A DNA stretch of 62,428 nt, counting the filler, from a bacterium (GTDB taxonomy: Bacteria; JALSQH01), in NCBI GenBank assembly GCA_026985515.1. It is 7 parts of 7 records of this genome, joined end to end, with 100 filler letters (N's around TTAATTAATTAA, not from the genome) between each part and the next. Parts side by side here need not be neighbours in the genome. Positions count along the whole stretch, not along the records: positions 36,926 to 44,833 come from JALSQH010000210.1; positions 44,934 to 52,830 come from JALSQH010000211.1; 5 more parts are not named here. One strand, given 5' to 3'. Both the position numbers and the translations under genes were made by a program. Shown here piece by piece: positions 39,390 through 49,453 of this stretch (position 1 is the stretch's first letter; each line of letters opens with the position of its first letter). The notes beneath the pieces are model-generated. The model worked only from the letters and a program-made list of their open reading frames with translations. It was not told the DNA's origin and searched no databases.

Positions 39390-41168
39390 ATGTATAATAG
39401 TCTGCCCGAGGTAATAAGGTCAAATGCTGAGAGGTATCCTGATCAGGTGGTTTTCTTTTATAAAAAGTTGGGGAAGTGGCAACCTGTAACATGGAGAGAA
39501 TTTCTGGAAACAGTTAAGTATATAGCGGCAGGGCTTCTATTTCTCGGGTTTAAGGAGGGGGAAATTGGAACCATTTTTTCATACAACAGACCGGAGTGGT
39601 TTTACTTTGATTTTGCCTTTCAGTGGATAAAGGGGATATCGACACCGATTTATATGAACTCCACCGGTGAACAGGCTGCTTATATAATCAGGCACACTGA
39701 GAGCAGATTTCTTTTTGTGGATACGAGGGAGAGGTGGCTTAAATTGAAGCCCTTTGTTAGGGAAACAAGTCTGGAGAAAGTTTTTGTACCTGAGAGGTGG
39801 GAATCCTCTCCACTCCTGATGAGTGTGGATAAACTGATAGCCAGAGGCAGGACCCACTGGAAGGAGTACAGGGATAGAGTTGAAAATCTCATGAAATCAA
39901 TTCTTCCCGATGATCTCTACACGGTGGTTTACACATCGGGGACCACCGGCACTCCAAAGGGGGTTATGCTTACCCACTACAACACGCTTTATGTACTGGA
40001 AACTTCCTCAAAACTTGCACCTCTTTATCCGGAGGATACAGGTCTCTCATATCTCCCCCTTGCCCATGTGGCACAGAGGATGGCTGATTATGCTGCTCTT
40101 TATAACCGTGTGCCGGGGTATTTTGCCGAATCTCTGGAGAAATTTCCTGACAACCTTCGTGAGGTGAAGCCTTCAATAATTGTGGCGGTACCCAGAATTC
40201 TGGAGAAGATCTATTCCAGAATTCACATGGCGGTCGATGAAGCTCCCCCTTTTGCTCAGAGAGTATTCAGATGGGCAGAGAGAACGGCCGTTGAGATGTA
40301 CAGAGCAAAGATATATAAGAGGAAAGTTCCCCCTGGCCTGAAGATCAGATGGAATCTTGCCAACAGAATTGTTTTCAAGAAAATAAAGGAGAATCTGGGG
40401 GGAAATCTCCGGTTAATCCTCTGCGGGGGAGCACCCCTCAGCAGACATGTGGGAGAGTTTTTCTATGGTATTGGAATTCCTGTGCTTGAAATTTATGGTC
40501 TCACAGAGGTGAGTGCCCCAATAACATATGGTCTTGAGGACTCCGTCAGGTATGGGACGGTAAATAAAGTTTTTCCTGGTGGAGAGGTGAAAATAGCTGA
40601 AGATGGTGAAATCCTCTACCGGGGACCAAACCTTTTTATTGGTTATTACAAAAATTCCGCTGCAACATCAGAGGCGATTGATAAGGATGGCTGGTTTCAC
40701 ACTGGAGATCTGGGAATGATCGATGAGGATGGATACCTTGTAATCACAGGGAGGAAGAAGGATCTAATTGTAACTTCCGGTGGCAAGAATATTGCACCAG
40801 CCCCCATAGAGGAGGAGATAAAAAAATTGCCTATAATAAGTCAGGCTGTGGTGGTGGGTAACAATAGAAAGTATCTGGTGGCTCTCATTACAATTGATGA
40901 TATGGAACTGGAGGAATTGAAACAAAAAATGGGTGTGAACGAGGGAAATAGAGAGGAACTCTTCAGGAAACTTGGCATCTACGAGATGGTGGAGAGGCAC
41001 ATAAAAAGTGTAAATGAAAAACTGGCTTCCTACGAAACAATCAAGAAGTTTGACATACTGCCCGAGGATTTCTCCATTGAGCGAGGAGAAATAACCCCGA
41101 CCCTCAAGGTCAAAAGAAACGTGGTTGAGGAGAAGTTCAGAGATATAATTGACTCCCTCTACGATTAG
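39390..41168 (+). CDS. fadD: Long-chain fatty acid--CoA ligase (AMP-dependent synthetase)
   Basis: YTSGTTGTPKG, YLPLAH, YGLTE, GWFHTGDLG, GRKKDLI, TPTLKVKR. Confidence 0.9.
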   Translation: MYNSLPEVIRSNAERYPDQVVFFYKKLGKWQPVTWREFLETVKYIAAGLLFLGFKEGEIGTIFSYNRPEWFYFDFAFQWIKGISTPIYMNSTGEQAAYIIRHTESRFLFVDTRERWLKLKPFVRETSLEKVFVPERWESSPLLMSVDKLIARGRTHWKEYRDRVENLMKSILPDDLYTVVYTSGTTGTPKGVMLTHYNTLYVLETSSKLAPLYPEDTGLSYLPLAHVAQRMADYAALYNRVPGYFAESLEKFPDNLREVKPSIIVAVPRILEKIYSRIHMAVDEAPPFAQRVFRWAERTAVEMYRAKIYKRKVPPGLKIRWNLANRIVFKKIKENLGGNLRLILCGGAPLSRHVGEFFYGIGIPVLEIYGLTEVSAPITYGLEDSVRYGTVNKVFPGGEVKIAEDGEILYRGPNLFIGYYKNSAATSEAIDKDGWFHTGDLGMIDEDGYLVITGRKKDLIVTSGGKNIAPAPIEEEIKKLPIISQAVVVGNNRKYLVALITIDDMELEELKQKMGVNEGNREELFRKLGIYEMVERHIKSVNEKLASYETIKKFDILPEDFSIERGEITPTLKVKRNVVEEKFRDIIDSLYD

Positions 41169-41215
41169 AAAAATCGGGCACTTTATGGTAATATTTCCCT
41201 GAAAAGGAGGGTACG

Positions 41216-42613
41216 ATGGATACGGTTATTGTTCTCGCTGCAGGGAAGGGTAAGAGAATGAAATCATCCCTTCCCAAAGTACTTCATCCCTTCCTGGGAA
41301 AACCAATGCTTGGAAGAGTCATTGAGAGTGTGAGAAAAACTGAAGCAGATAAATTGATAGTCGTAATCCCGCCTTTTGAAGTTGTGGAGAGGTTCGTTAA
41401 AGATAATTACGAGGATGTTGAAACAGTTATTCAGGATGAGCCCCTCGGAACCGGAGATGCTGTAAAAAGGGCGCTTCCCCTTATTGAGGAAGAGGGATAT
41501 TCGCTGATTGTCCCGGGGGATGTGCCCCTGATGGATACCTCTACTCTGAAAGAGTTGTCTGGTTTTAAAGGGAAAGCAGATCTTGTCGTTGTTACAACAG
41601 TTCTGGAAGATCCATTTGGATATGGAAGGATTGTCAGAGATAAAGAAGGTAATATTGAAAGAATTGTAGAAGAGAAGGATGCCGATGAAGATGTGAGGAA
41701 AATCAGGGAGGTTAATACTGGAGTTTATCTGGTGAGAAATGAATTGCTGCATAGATATCTTGATTTGCTTGGAAAGGAGAATGCACAGGGAGAGTACTAT
41801 CTCACAGATATTGTGGCTCTTGCAGTGAAGGATGGGGGGGTTGTAAAACCATTCCTCGTTGAGGATCATGTTCAGTTTTCGGGTGTTAATACAAGAAGTC
41901 AACTGGTGGAACTGGAAAAAATTTACCTGAGGAGAATAGTTGATAAGTGGCTTGAAAATGGGGTAACAATTCATTTTCCGGAAACTGTTTATATTGAGCC
42001 TGAGGTTGAAATTGGGAAGGATACTGAAATTTTTTCTGGTGTATATTTGATCGGGAGAACGAAAATAGGAGAGAATTGCAGGATACAGGCGGGTGTAAGG
42101 ATTGAAAATTCCACTATAGGAAATGGAGTTGTGATTAAAGATAACTCTTACATTGAAGAATCGATCGTGGGGGATGAGTGTAAAATTGGTCCCATGGCTC
42201 ACCTGAGACCGGGTACACGGCTGGCTGAGAAGGTCAGCATTGGTAATTTTGTTGAGACAAAGAAGGCTGAAATAGGCAGAGGAACCAAAATAAATCATCT
42301 TTCATACATAGGGGATGCGGAGGTTGGCGAGGATGTCAACATAGGAGCGGGAACAATTACATGTAACTATGATGGGTTCTTCAAGTACAAAACTATTATT
42401 GGCGACAGGGTTTTTATTGGAAGTGATACTCAGCTGGTGGCTCCTGTGAAACTGGAAGATGATGTTTATATTGGGGCAGGTTCCACCATCACAAAGGATG
42501 TGCCAAAGGGAAACCTCAGTTTAACGAGGGCTGAGCAAAAGTTTGTTCCGGGATATACTTACAGGAAAAGGGAAAAAATGAAGAAGTTAAAGGAGGAAAA
42601 GAAAAATCAGTGA
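41216..42613 (+). CDS. glmU: Bifunctional UDP-GlcNAc pyrophosphorylase / glucosamine-1-phosphate acetyltransferase
   Basis: LAAGKGKRMKS, GTGDAV, EYYLTD, GNFVETK, HLSYIGDA, TCNYDG. Confidence 0.97.
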   Translation: MDTVIVLAAGKGKRMKSSLPKVLHPFLGKPMLGRVIESVRKTEADKLIVVIPPFEVVERFVKDNYEDVETVIQDEPLGTGDAVKRALPLIEEEGYSLIVPGDVPLMDTSTLKELSGFKGKADLVVVTTVLEDPFGYGRIVRDKEGNIERIVEEKDADEDVRKIREVNTGVYLVRNELLHRYLDLLGKENAQGEYYLTDIVALAVKDGGVVKPFLVEDHVQFSGVNTRSQLVELEKIYLRRIVDKWLENGVTIHFPETVYIEPEVEIGKDTEIFSGVYLIGRTKIGENCRIQAGVRIENSTIGNGVVIKDNSYIEESIVGDECKIGPMAHLRPGTRLAEKVSIGNFVETKKAEIGRGTKINHLSYIGDAEVGEDVNIGAGTITCNYDGFFKYKTIIGDRVFIGSDTQLVAPVKLEDDVYIGAGSTITKDVPKGNLSLTRAEQKFVPGYTYRKREKMKKLKEEKKNQ

Positions 42614-43629
42614 CCCTCTTTTCTCCTCTTCTCATCAAGAATTCTGGCACCTTCCATGAGTAGATTCTCAATGGTGCGGGCAATGATCCTTTTTCTTGGT
42701 TTTACATTTGTTTCTATTTCAAAGTAGCCATCTTCCCATCCGAAGAGTTCATAAAAGGCCATTTCTCCTTCAATATCTCCATATTTGACATAAACTACTT
42801 CACCCTCCTCCATATCAATTTCTCCCACCTCTCCATCTCTGAAGAGGGTGATACGGCAGGTTTTTCTGTTGTTGCTCAGAATTTGTAACATATCGGGAAG
42901 AGGAAGATCAGCGAGCTGCCCTTTAATTGTGGCGTTTTCAGTGTTTTCATTCTCCATCTGGTCAATGTCAAGTCCTGTAATGGAGTCTGATCCCACTTCA
43001 ATAACTTCACTTTCATCCCCCGAAAAGAGGAGGTCATCCACACTTCCCGTGTGGTATATTCCTGGAAAGGCCTCTTCATCACTCTCGGGACCAAGATACA
43101 CATCTTCCTGAGTGTCAAGATTCACCACTTCCTCCCCTGTGTGCTGGGGATAGATTCTCTGAATGAGCTGATAAACTGTAAATTCAAAGGTCAGTACCAG
43201 TTCAACTTTTGAAACACCTGTTTTTTCTTTTATTTCTTCTTTCACCCAATCAATATCCTGGTCAAAGGCAACCGCCACCAGGAGGGTGTCACTCTCGACA
43301 TTATAGTCCAGAGGGATTGCCACCAATTTTTCCGCCATTTCCGGAGGAATGAATGAAAGTACTTCGGGAGAGATGTCGAGTTTAAGGAGATAATCTGTGG
43401 GAAAATACTCAGTGCCTTTTTCAAGGGAGAGAACCTTAAGCATCTCCTCTTCATCTACAAGCTTCATATTGTAGAGAACCTCTGCAAAGGATCTGTTTTC
43501 CTTTTCCCAGTAGGAAATTGCTATCTGGAGCTGTTCCTTTGTGATAATATTCCGCTTTAACAGGAACTCACCTAATTTTTTTACTTTCTCCAGCTCCTTC
43601 TCTTTTTCGGGATCTCTGAATTCATTCAT
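42607..43629 (-). CDS. MshEN/T2SSE-N-like domain + acidic linker + C-terminal DUF4388
   Basis: KLGEFLL...IT.EQL..A; IP.EMAEK..AIP; KGQLADLPLPDMLQIL, FGWEDGYF, ENLLMEGARILDE. Confidence 0.82.
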   Translation of the reverse strand: MNEFRDPEKEKELEKVKKLGEFLLKRNIITKEQLQIAISYWEKENRSFAEVLYNMKLVDEEEMLKVLSLEKGTEYFPTDYLLKLDISPEVLSFIPPEMAEKLVAIPLDYNVESDTLLVAVAFDQDIDWVKEEIKEKTGVSKVELVLTFEFTVYQLIQRIYPQHTGEEVVNLDTQEDVYLGPESDEEAFPGIYHTGSVDDLLFSGDESEVIEVGSDSITGLDIDQMENENTENATIKGQLADLPLPDMLQILSNNRKTCRITLFRDGEVGEIDMEEGEVVYVKYGDIEGEMAFYELFGWEDGYFEIETNVKPRKRIIARTIENLLMEGARILDEKRRKEGH

Positions 43630-44833
43630 GAAGTCTCAACCACCTCAAAATAAGATTGAAGACCCTTTCCACCCTCTTCCCCATACAGAGATCAACATGA
43701 CCGAATCCTTTGAAAACAACAAATTTTCTGTCACCACTACCAATTTTTTTAAAGACTCTCACTTTAATATTATCTTTATTTGCCAGCTTGTCAAGTTCAC
43801 CGGCGATAAAGAGGATGGGAAGTGTAATTCTTTTGAGGTGTTTTTCATAATCGTAATTGTTGCAGGGAGACCCGTCACACAACTCCTTAAAGTTTCCATA
43901 CCTGAGCCAGTTGTAGAACTGGTGAATCAGTTGAGGAGAAATGTTATCAAGTCCATGCTGGTACATGAAGTAAATATCCTTCAGTTCTGTATTTTTTACA
44001 TTCCATATATTTCCAAGGACAAACTGGAACGGGGTCATATGCAGATTTTTTTCAATATATTTGTGAATATACCCGAGATCAGGCAGTCTTTTCATCCCCA
44101 GAAAAGAGGAGAAGATAGGTGACATAATACTCATAACAAGGGTAAAGGTGGAGTTACTCAGGATAATTTCAGGTGGAAGGTTGAGGGAATCTGTTAAAGA
44201 TTCATTATGAGTCACAGGATAGAGAAACTTTTTCAGTGTATTCCAGGGGATTGTAACCATTGTTTCCAGAAGGAGGTTGTAATCTGAGTAGTTATACTTG
44301 GTTAATGATTCAAGTCCCCCATTTTCCAGATTGACTGGATATGAGAGACCTGCAGGACTTCCAACTGCAACTACACCTCTCAGATTCCTGTTTCTTTTGA
44401 TTGATAATTCTTCAGATGATGATACTGTAAACCCATAATTTTCCTTTACAGGATAGACTCCCTCAAGATAGGCATAGATGAGCATACCACCCATGGAGTG
44501 GCCTATCCAGAAGGGTCTTTTCCCGGTAGTTTCCATTACCTTTCTGATCATTGCAGGTACATCATACACTGCAAAGGTGTCAAAATCCCAGTTTCCAGGT
44601 CCCCTTGATGGGCCGCTTTGAAATTCTCCCTCTCCATGTCCCCTCAAATTGAAAAGCCAGACATCGTAGCCGTGGTCAGCAAGAAATTTTCCCAGACTCT
44701 TCCCCGGTATATCCCAGGTGTAGTAGTTTGAGGCAAAGCCATGGAGAAGGATAACAGGGATCCCATTTTTGTTCATATATCTTTTTGCCACAAGTGTAAT
44801 ACCATCATCAGTTACTGCTGTTTCTTTTCTTAT
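43622..44833 (-). CDS. Alpha/beta hydrolase (lipase-like), 5' truncated by linker
   Basis: LLHGF, LRGHG, nucleophile GHSMG, GELDKL, GHVDL. Confidence 0.88.
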   Translation of the reverse strand: MRKETAVTDDGITLVAKRYMNKNGIPVILLHGFASNYYTWDIPGKSLGKFLADHGYDVWLFNLRGHGEGEFQSGPSRGPGNWDFDTFAVYDVPAMIRKVMETTGKRPFWIGHSMGGMLIYAYLEGVYPVKENYGFTVSSSEELSIKRNRNLRGVVAVGSPAGLSYPVNLENGGLESLTKYNYSDYNLLLETMVTIPWNTLKKFLYPVTHNESLTDSLNLPPEIILSNSTFTLVMSIMSPIFSSFLGMKRLPDLGYIHKYIEKNLHMTPFQFVLGNIWNVKNTELKDIYFMYQHGLDNISPQLIHQFYNWLRYGNFKELCDGSPCNNYDYEKHLKRITLPILFIAGELDKLANKDNIKVRVFKKIGSGDRKFVVFKGFGHVDLCMGKRVERVFNLILRWLRLHE

Positions 44834-44933
44834 NNNNNNNNNNNNNNNNNNNNNNNNNNNNNNNNNNNNNNNNNNNNTTAATTAATTAANNNNNNNNNNN
44901 NNNNNNNNNNNNNNNNNNNNNNNNNNNNNNNNN
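44834..44933. other. Artificial contig linker
   Basis: 44 N + TTAATTAATTAA + 44 N. Confidence 0.98.
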
Positions 44934-46119
44934 GGGGGTTAAGCAGGAGAGTAATCTCCTTACCCTGGCAAGAGCTATTGAAGACAGGGATGCAGAAATT
45001 GTTGGAGCTGAAATTATCCCTGACAATTCTGAGGCAATAGAGACTTCTCTTAAAAGGGCAGTTTCATCAAATGTGGATTATATTGTTGTTTCTGGTGGTC
45101 TTGGCCCCACCGATGATGATATTACGAGGGAAAGTGTTGCTCATCTTCTGGGTACGAAGCTTATCCTGGATAATACCTGCTGGGAAGAGATAGTTGAGAA
45201 GTTTAAAAAAAGGGGGTTGCCGGTAGCTGAGAGAAACAAAAAGCAGGCAATGATTCCTGAGGGAATGAAAGCTGTGAGGAATCCCGCTGGAACTGCCTGC
45301 GGTTTTTATGGGGAAGTTAATGGGAAAATCCTCATCGTTTTACCCGGGGTTCCTGTTGAATTTAAAGAGATGCTGTTTACCCTCGTTGAGTCACTTCTTC
45401 CTTTAAAGAGAAGTGAAAATCTTCTTGTGCTGAGGCTCTTTGGTATAAGTGAATCTGGACTCAACGAACTTCTTGAAAAAACAATTTTGAAAATTTATCC
45501 AGATTTGAAATTAACATTTCTCCCTGATTATCCTGAAATAGAATTGAGAATAAGATTCACAACTGTTGAAGAAGATGAATTGAAGGAAGAATTGAGAAGA
45601 GTGGTGGGTAACTATGTGTATTCATGGAAGGGGGAGATTCTTCCTGTAGTTTTTGGTAAAGAGTTGAAATGGAGGGGTTTATTTTTTGCTGTGGCGGAGT
45701 CGTGCACTGGAGGGCTTGTTGCAAAAAGCATAACCGATATTCCTGGAAGTTCAGAGTACTTTGACAGGGGATTTGTGACTTATTCCAATCAGGCCAAGAT
45801 GGATCATCTTGGAGTAAGGGAGGAAACTCTCAGAAAGTTCGGGGCGGTAAGTGAGGAAACGGCGAGAGAGATGGTTCTGGGTGTCCTTGAACACAGCAGG
45901 GCTGATATTGCAGCATCAATCACGGGGATCGCTGGACCCACAGGTGGAACACCTGAAAAGCCTGTGGGGACAGTATATACTGCCATTGCAGACAGAGAAG
46001 GGAGAATAGAGGTCGTGAGAAACTTTTTCCCGGGTAACCGGGAGCAGGTGAGAAAGGCAACAATGACAAAGGTCCTCTTTGGAGTGGTAAAATGGCTCGA
46101 AAGGTTTTACCCGCTGTAA
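44934..46119 (+). CDS. cinA: CinA / NMN deamidase (MoCF-like domain + PncC), 5' truncated
   Basis: SGGLGPTDDDITRE, NPAGTA, LPGVP.E, AESCTGG, TYSNQAK, TGIAGP.GG. Confidence 0.93.
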
Positions 46120-46676
46120 GAAATTTTGTTGCAATACCTGTGGAGGGTGAACTGGGGGAGCTGTTAATAGAGAAAGTTGCGGAATGGAGAAGGATCCAGC
46201 CAGATTTAAAGTGGGAGAAAAGGGGGAATTTCCATATCACACTGAAGTTCATTGGAGATTCTACAGAAAGAGAACTGGTAAAAATTGAAGAAATTATATC
46301 TGAGGTTTTTTCAGATATTCACAGGTTTTCAGTTCCCGTTGGATCTGTTGGAGCTTTCCCTGATTTTAAAAGGGCAAGGGTTGTGTGGGTTGGGGCGCTT
46401 TTCCCCGATAGTTTTGTGGAAAGAGTGGAAAAGTTTGACAGGCTTCTTTACGAATACCTTGGAATTCCAAGGGAGAAAAAGGAGTTTACCCCCCACATCA
46501 CCATTGCAAGGGTAAAACGCTCTTCTATTAAACGGGAACTTCTTGATGGATTCAGGGAGTTCAATGAATTTGTAAATGGGAAAGAACTGAGTGTTGATAA
46601 AGTTGTGCATTTCAAAAGTGAACTGAAACCCTCTGGCGCAGTTCACACTCCTCTCTTTACCCTGGACCTCAGGTAA
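46092..46676 (+). CDS. thpR: RNA 2',3'-cyclic phosphodiesterase (2H phosphoesterase)
   Basis: Two HxT motifs: HITLKF and PHITIAR; cinA-thpR synteny. Confidence 0.93.
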   Translation: MARKVLPAVRNFVAIPVEGELGELLIEKVAEWRRIQPDLKWEKRGNFHITLKFIGDSTERELVKIEEIISEVFSDIHRFSVPVGSVGAFPDFKRARVVWVGALFPDSFVERVEKFDRLLYEYLGIPREKKEFTPHITIARVKRSSIKRELLDGFREFNEFVNGKELSVDKVVHFKSELKPSGAVHTPLFTLDLR

Positions 46677-46713
46677 TTTGAATCTTTTGCTCAGGATAAT
46701 CTATACTCAAAAG

Positions 46714-46896
46714 AAGAGAGGCGATAGCTCCAGCCCTGACCCTTCATTTGATTCTTTTTAATGTATTTTGGCGATGAAAATCACATGCAAGTTGGAGGGT
46801 CTTTCCACATCTCTGCTACTTAGAAAGATGATGAAGGGGGTTGGGTATTGGAGATGCTGTTTCAAAAAAATTGAGGTTGGGTACCAACCTCAAATT
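46714..46896 (+). ncRNA. Candidate structured non-coding RNA (long rod hairpin plus 3' hairpin)
   Basis: TTGAAT(46678)-N18-TATACT(46702) upstream; arms 46726-46776 and 46808-46858 pair extensively with G-U pairs on the + strand. Confidence 0.4.
46871..46893. terminator. Perfect hairpin, intrinsic terminator-like
   Basis: TTGAGGTTGG-GTA-CCAACCTCAA; A7 run on the left makes a U-tract on the minus strand. Confidence 0.6.
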
Positions 46897-46937
46897 GAAT
46901 TGTCAACTGTTTCAAAAAGTATATACTTTAAGTAGTT

Positions 46938-47282
46938 ATGTTTGGGAAGTTCTTTTTGAAAGTCAGATCAGGCGGGAAAGTTCATTTTGATTATGTTATA
47001 GCCTACAGGCAGGCAATAGGTATTGTTGATCTCAAGGCACTTGACAGATTTATGAAAACGAATGATGTGGATAAACTCCTTTTAATTGCCGAGAACCCCC
47101 TTACTCAGGGTACCATCAATTATCTGAATGATCTTTCATGGAAAGAAAAGGTTGAAGTTGTCGTTACGGATAGGCTTTTGAAGACCGTTTCGGAGCTTAA
47201 GAAGAAGTACAGGGAGAAAGAGATTAAAGTCATAAACCTTGATGAGTTTGGAGAAAGACCCTTTCAGTACGACAGTTGTTAG
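46938..47282 (+). CDS. Hypothetical protein
   Basis: 114-aa ORF with host-like codon usage filling the space before cstA. Confidence 0.55.
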   Translation: MFGKFFLKVRSGGKVHFDYVIAYRQAIGIVDLKALDRFMKTNDVDKLLLIAENPLTQGTINYLNDLSWKEKVEVVVTDRLLKTVSELKKKYREKEIKVINLDEFGERPFQYDSC

Positions 47283-47296
47283 ATGGAGGTTAAAAA

Positions 47297-48985
47297 ATGA
47301 ATGGACTTTTGTGGGCCATCATTATGCTTGCGTGGCTCTGGGGTGGGTATTTCATTTATGGAAAGATAATTGAGAAAAAATTGATTCAGCCTGATGACAG
47401 CAGATCCACACCTGCGGTGGAGTACAATGACGGAGTTGACTATTCCCCTGCAAAGACCCCAATACTTTTTGGTCACCATTTCTCCTCAATTGCGGGTGCG
47501 GGACCCATTGTTGGACCCATTATAGCGGTGCTTTACTTTGGATGGCTTGCAGCCAGCCTCTGGGTTGCTCTGGGGGCAGTTTTTATGGGAGCCGTCCATG
47601 ATTATACAGCACTTATGGTTTCCGTGAGAAATAAGGGAAGTTCCCTTGCAGATGTGGCAGAGACCGCCGTAAGTCACAGAGCAAAGGTTATATTTGCCAT
47701 ATTTATCTGGATAACCCTTGTTCTTGTGGTGGCTGTTTTTGGCGTAGTTACAGCAAAAACCTTCATAGGTCAGCCCCAGATTGTTGTTCCCACCTTTGCC
47801 CTTATTTTAATTGCCATTTTCTTTGGCTGGCTTGTTTACAGGATGGGAGTGCCCATATGGATAGGCACAGTTGCGGCACTGATTCTGGTTGCAATTTTCC
47901 TTTATGCTGGTGATATTTACCCCATCTCTCTTCCCAGAAATGCCACCCTTGGTTTTCTTGCTTCTTCCCCTTCAATGATATGGTTTGTTATACTCATGAT
48001 TTACGCCCTTTTTGCTTCCGTTCTTCCTGTGTGGTTACTCCTCCAGCCGAGGGATTACCTCAGCATGTGGCTTCTTTTCCTCGGAATGGGGCTTGGTTAC
48101 ATTGGATTGATCTTTGCTCATCCCACAATTAACGCACCAGCCTTCACCTCCTTTACTTCAAAGGGTGGTCCTCTCTGGCCCATGCTCTTTGTGATCATAG
48201 CGTGTGGTGCAATTTCCGGGTTTCATTCTCTTGTGGCAGGGGGTACAACCTCAAAGCAGCTGGAGAAGGAGAGTTCAGGTAAGATTATTGGTTATGGTGC
48301 AATGATAATGGAAGCCACTCTGGCAACTCTCGTTATTGTTATAGGTGCTGCCGCCCTTAAGTGGGATCCCTCAGGAAAGTTACACCTGGGTTACCAGTTT
48401 CTTATGAATAAAAGTGCCGGTGGGGGACCCATCAAAGCCTTTGCTGTTGGTTTCGGACAGCTTGTTAAGGAGATTCCAGGACTGAACAGTAAAATCGGGA
48501 TTTATGTCGGAATGCTGATGCTCAATGGCTTTGTGATAACAACGCTGGATACTGCTACAAGACTTGCAAGGTTTGTGCTTCAGGAGCTTACCAGAGACAC
48601 AATTCCTTTCATTGCAAACAGATGGATCGCCACAATTGTAACCATCGCTTTTGCCTGGTACTTTGGTGCTACGGGCAGCTGGAAAACAATATGGCCTGTC
48701 TTTGGTGCTTCCAACCAGTTAGTTGCTGCTCTGGCTCTTACTGTTGTAAGTGCATATTTCCTTGGAGTGAAAAAACCTCTCAAGTACACAGTTATACCTG
48801 CCATTCTCATGCTTGTAACAACAATGGGTGCACTGCTCTACCAGGCTTACAAATTCATTTTCGTTGTTCCCAAACTGCAGATTGCAATAACTGCCTTGAT
48901 ACTCTTTGCCCTTGCACTTTTTATCTTCCTTGAGGCAAAGGATGTTTTTATAGCTCTCTTCAGGACTCAGAAGCAGACTTCCTGA
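47297..48985 (+). CDS. cstA: Carbon starvation protein A family transporter
   Basis: DGVDY, FGHHFSSIAGAGPIVGP, LPVWLLLQPRDY, IACGAISGFH, TTLDTATR, FGASNQL. Confidence 0.95.
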   Translation: MNGLLWAIIMLAWLWGGYFIYGKIIEKKLIQPDDSRSTPAVEYNDGVDYSPAKTPILFGHHFSSIAGAGPIVGPIIAVLYFGWLAASLWVALGAVFMGAVHDYTALMVSVRNKGSSLADVAETAVSHRAKVIFAIFIWITLVLVVAVFGVVTAKTFIGQPQIVVPTFALILIAIFFGWLVYRMGVPIWIGTVAALILVAIFLYAGDIYPISLPRNATLGFLASSPSMIWFVILMIYALFASVLPVWLLLQPRDYLSMWLLFLGMGLGYIGLIFAHPTINAPAFTSFTSKGGPLWPMLFVIIACGAISGFHSLVAGGTTSKQLEKESSGKIIGYGAMIMEATLATLVIVIGAAALKWDPSGKLHLGYQFLMNKSAGGGPIKAFAVGFGQLVKEIPGLNSKIGIYVGMLMLNGFVITTLDTATRLARFVLQELTRDTIPFIANRWIATIVTIAFAWYFGATGSWKTIWPVFGASNQLVAALALTVVSAYFLGVKKPLKYTVIPAILMLVTTMGALLYQAYKFIFVVPKLQIAITALILFALALFIFLEAKDVFIALFRTQKQTS

Positions 48986-49424
48986 TCTCCATGAGGATTT
49001 TTAGCATATTCTTCTGATGAGTGCCTCTCCAGTAAATTTTCCCGCAGGAGGGGCACATTTTGAATTCTTTATGCTTTTTTGAAATGTACGATGGAACTTT
49101 TCCTCTGACCTCTTCAGGGGATATCTGTTTAAGCTCCACATTGCAGTTGAGGCATCTTGTAAAAGCATTTTCAAGAGGGTCAATCTTGAATTTTTTTACC
49201 ACCTCCACTGCCTGATTGAAGGGGATGTCATCCACAACAACGAAGAACTCGTGTGTTCCGGTGGGAAAGTTTCTCCTCCGGGTGAGAATAATTCTTTTTT
49301 CTTTCTCTGCAATCTGGATAAGCTCTTCAGGTACAGATGTGTTAACATATTTACAATCCACTCCCATGCTGCGGAGAAGTCTGCATAACTTACCAAGGTT
49401 TCTGTCTGCAAGAAAGGAGATCAC
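48960..49424 (-). CDS. Mut7-C RNase domain (PIN-like) protein
   Basis: FLADRNLGKL.R.LR..G, RIILTR, RCLNCN, CPSCGKIYWRGTH. Confidence 0.9.
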   Translation of the reverse strand: MISFLADRNLGKLCRLLRSMGVDCKYVNTSVPEELIQIAEKEKRIILTRRRNFPTGTHEFFVVVDDIPFNQAVEVVKKFKIDPLENAFTRCLNCNVELKQISPEEVRGKVPSYISKKHKEFKMCPSCGKIYWRGTHQKNMLKILMEIRKSASES

Positions 49425-49453
49425 ACTTTATTTTACCACTATTGCCAGAAGAG

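Noticed and set aside
41264-42298. 344-aa minus-strand ORF
   Set aside because: Antisense shadow of glmU
46857-46918. Mini-CRISPR array
   Set aside because: Only two 12-bp repeats and no cas genes in the window
46774-46935. 53-codon ORF MKITCKLEG... in the thpR intergenic region
   Set aside because: No RBS, no recognisable motif, and it runs through the hairpins
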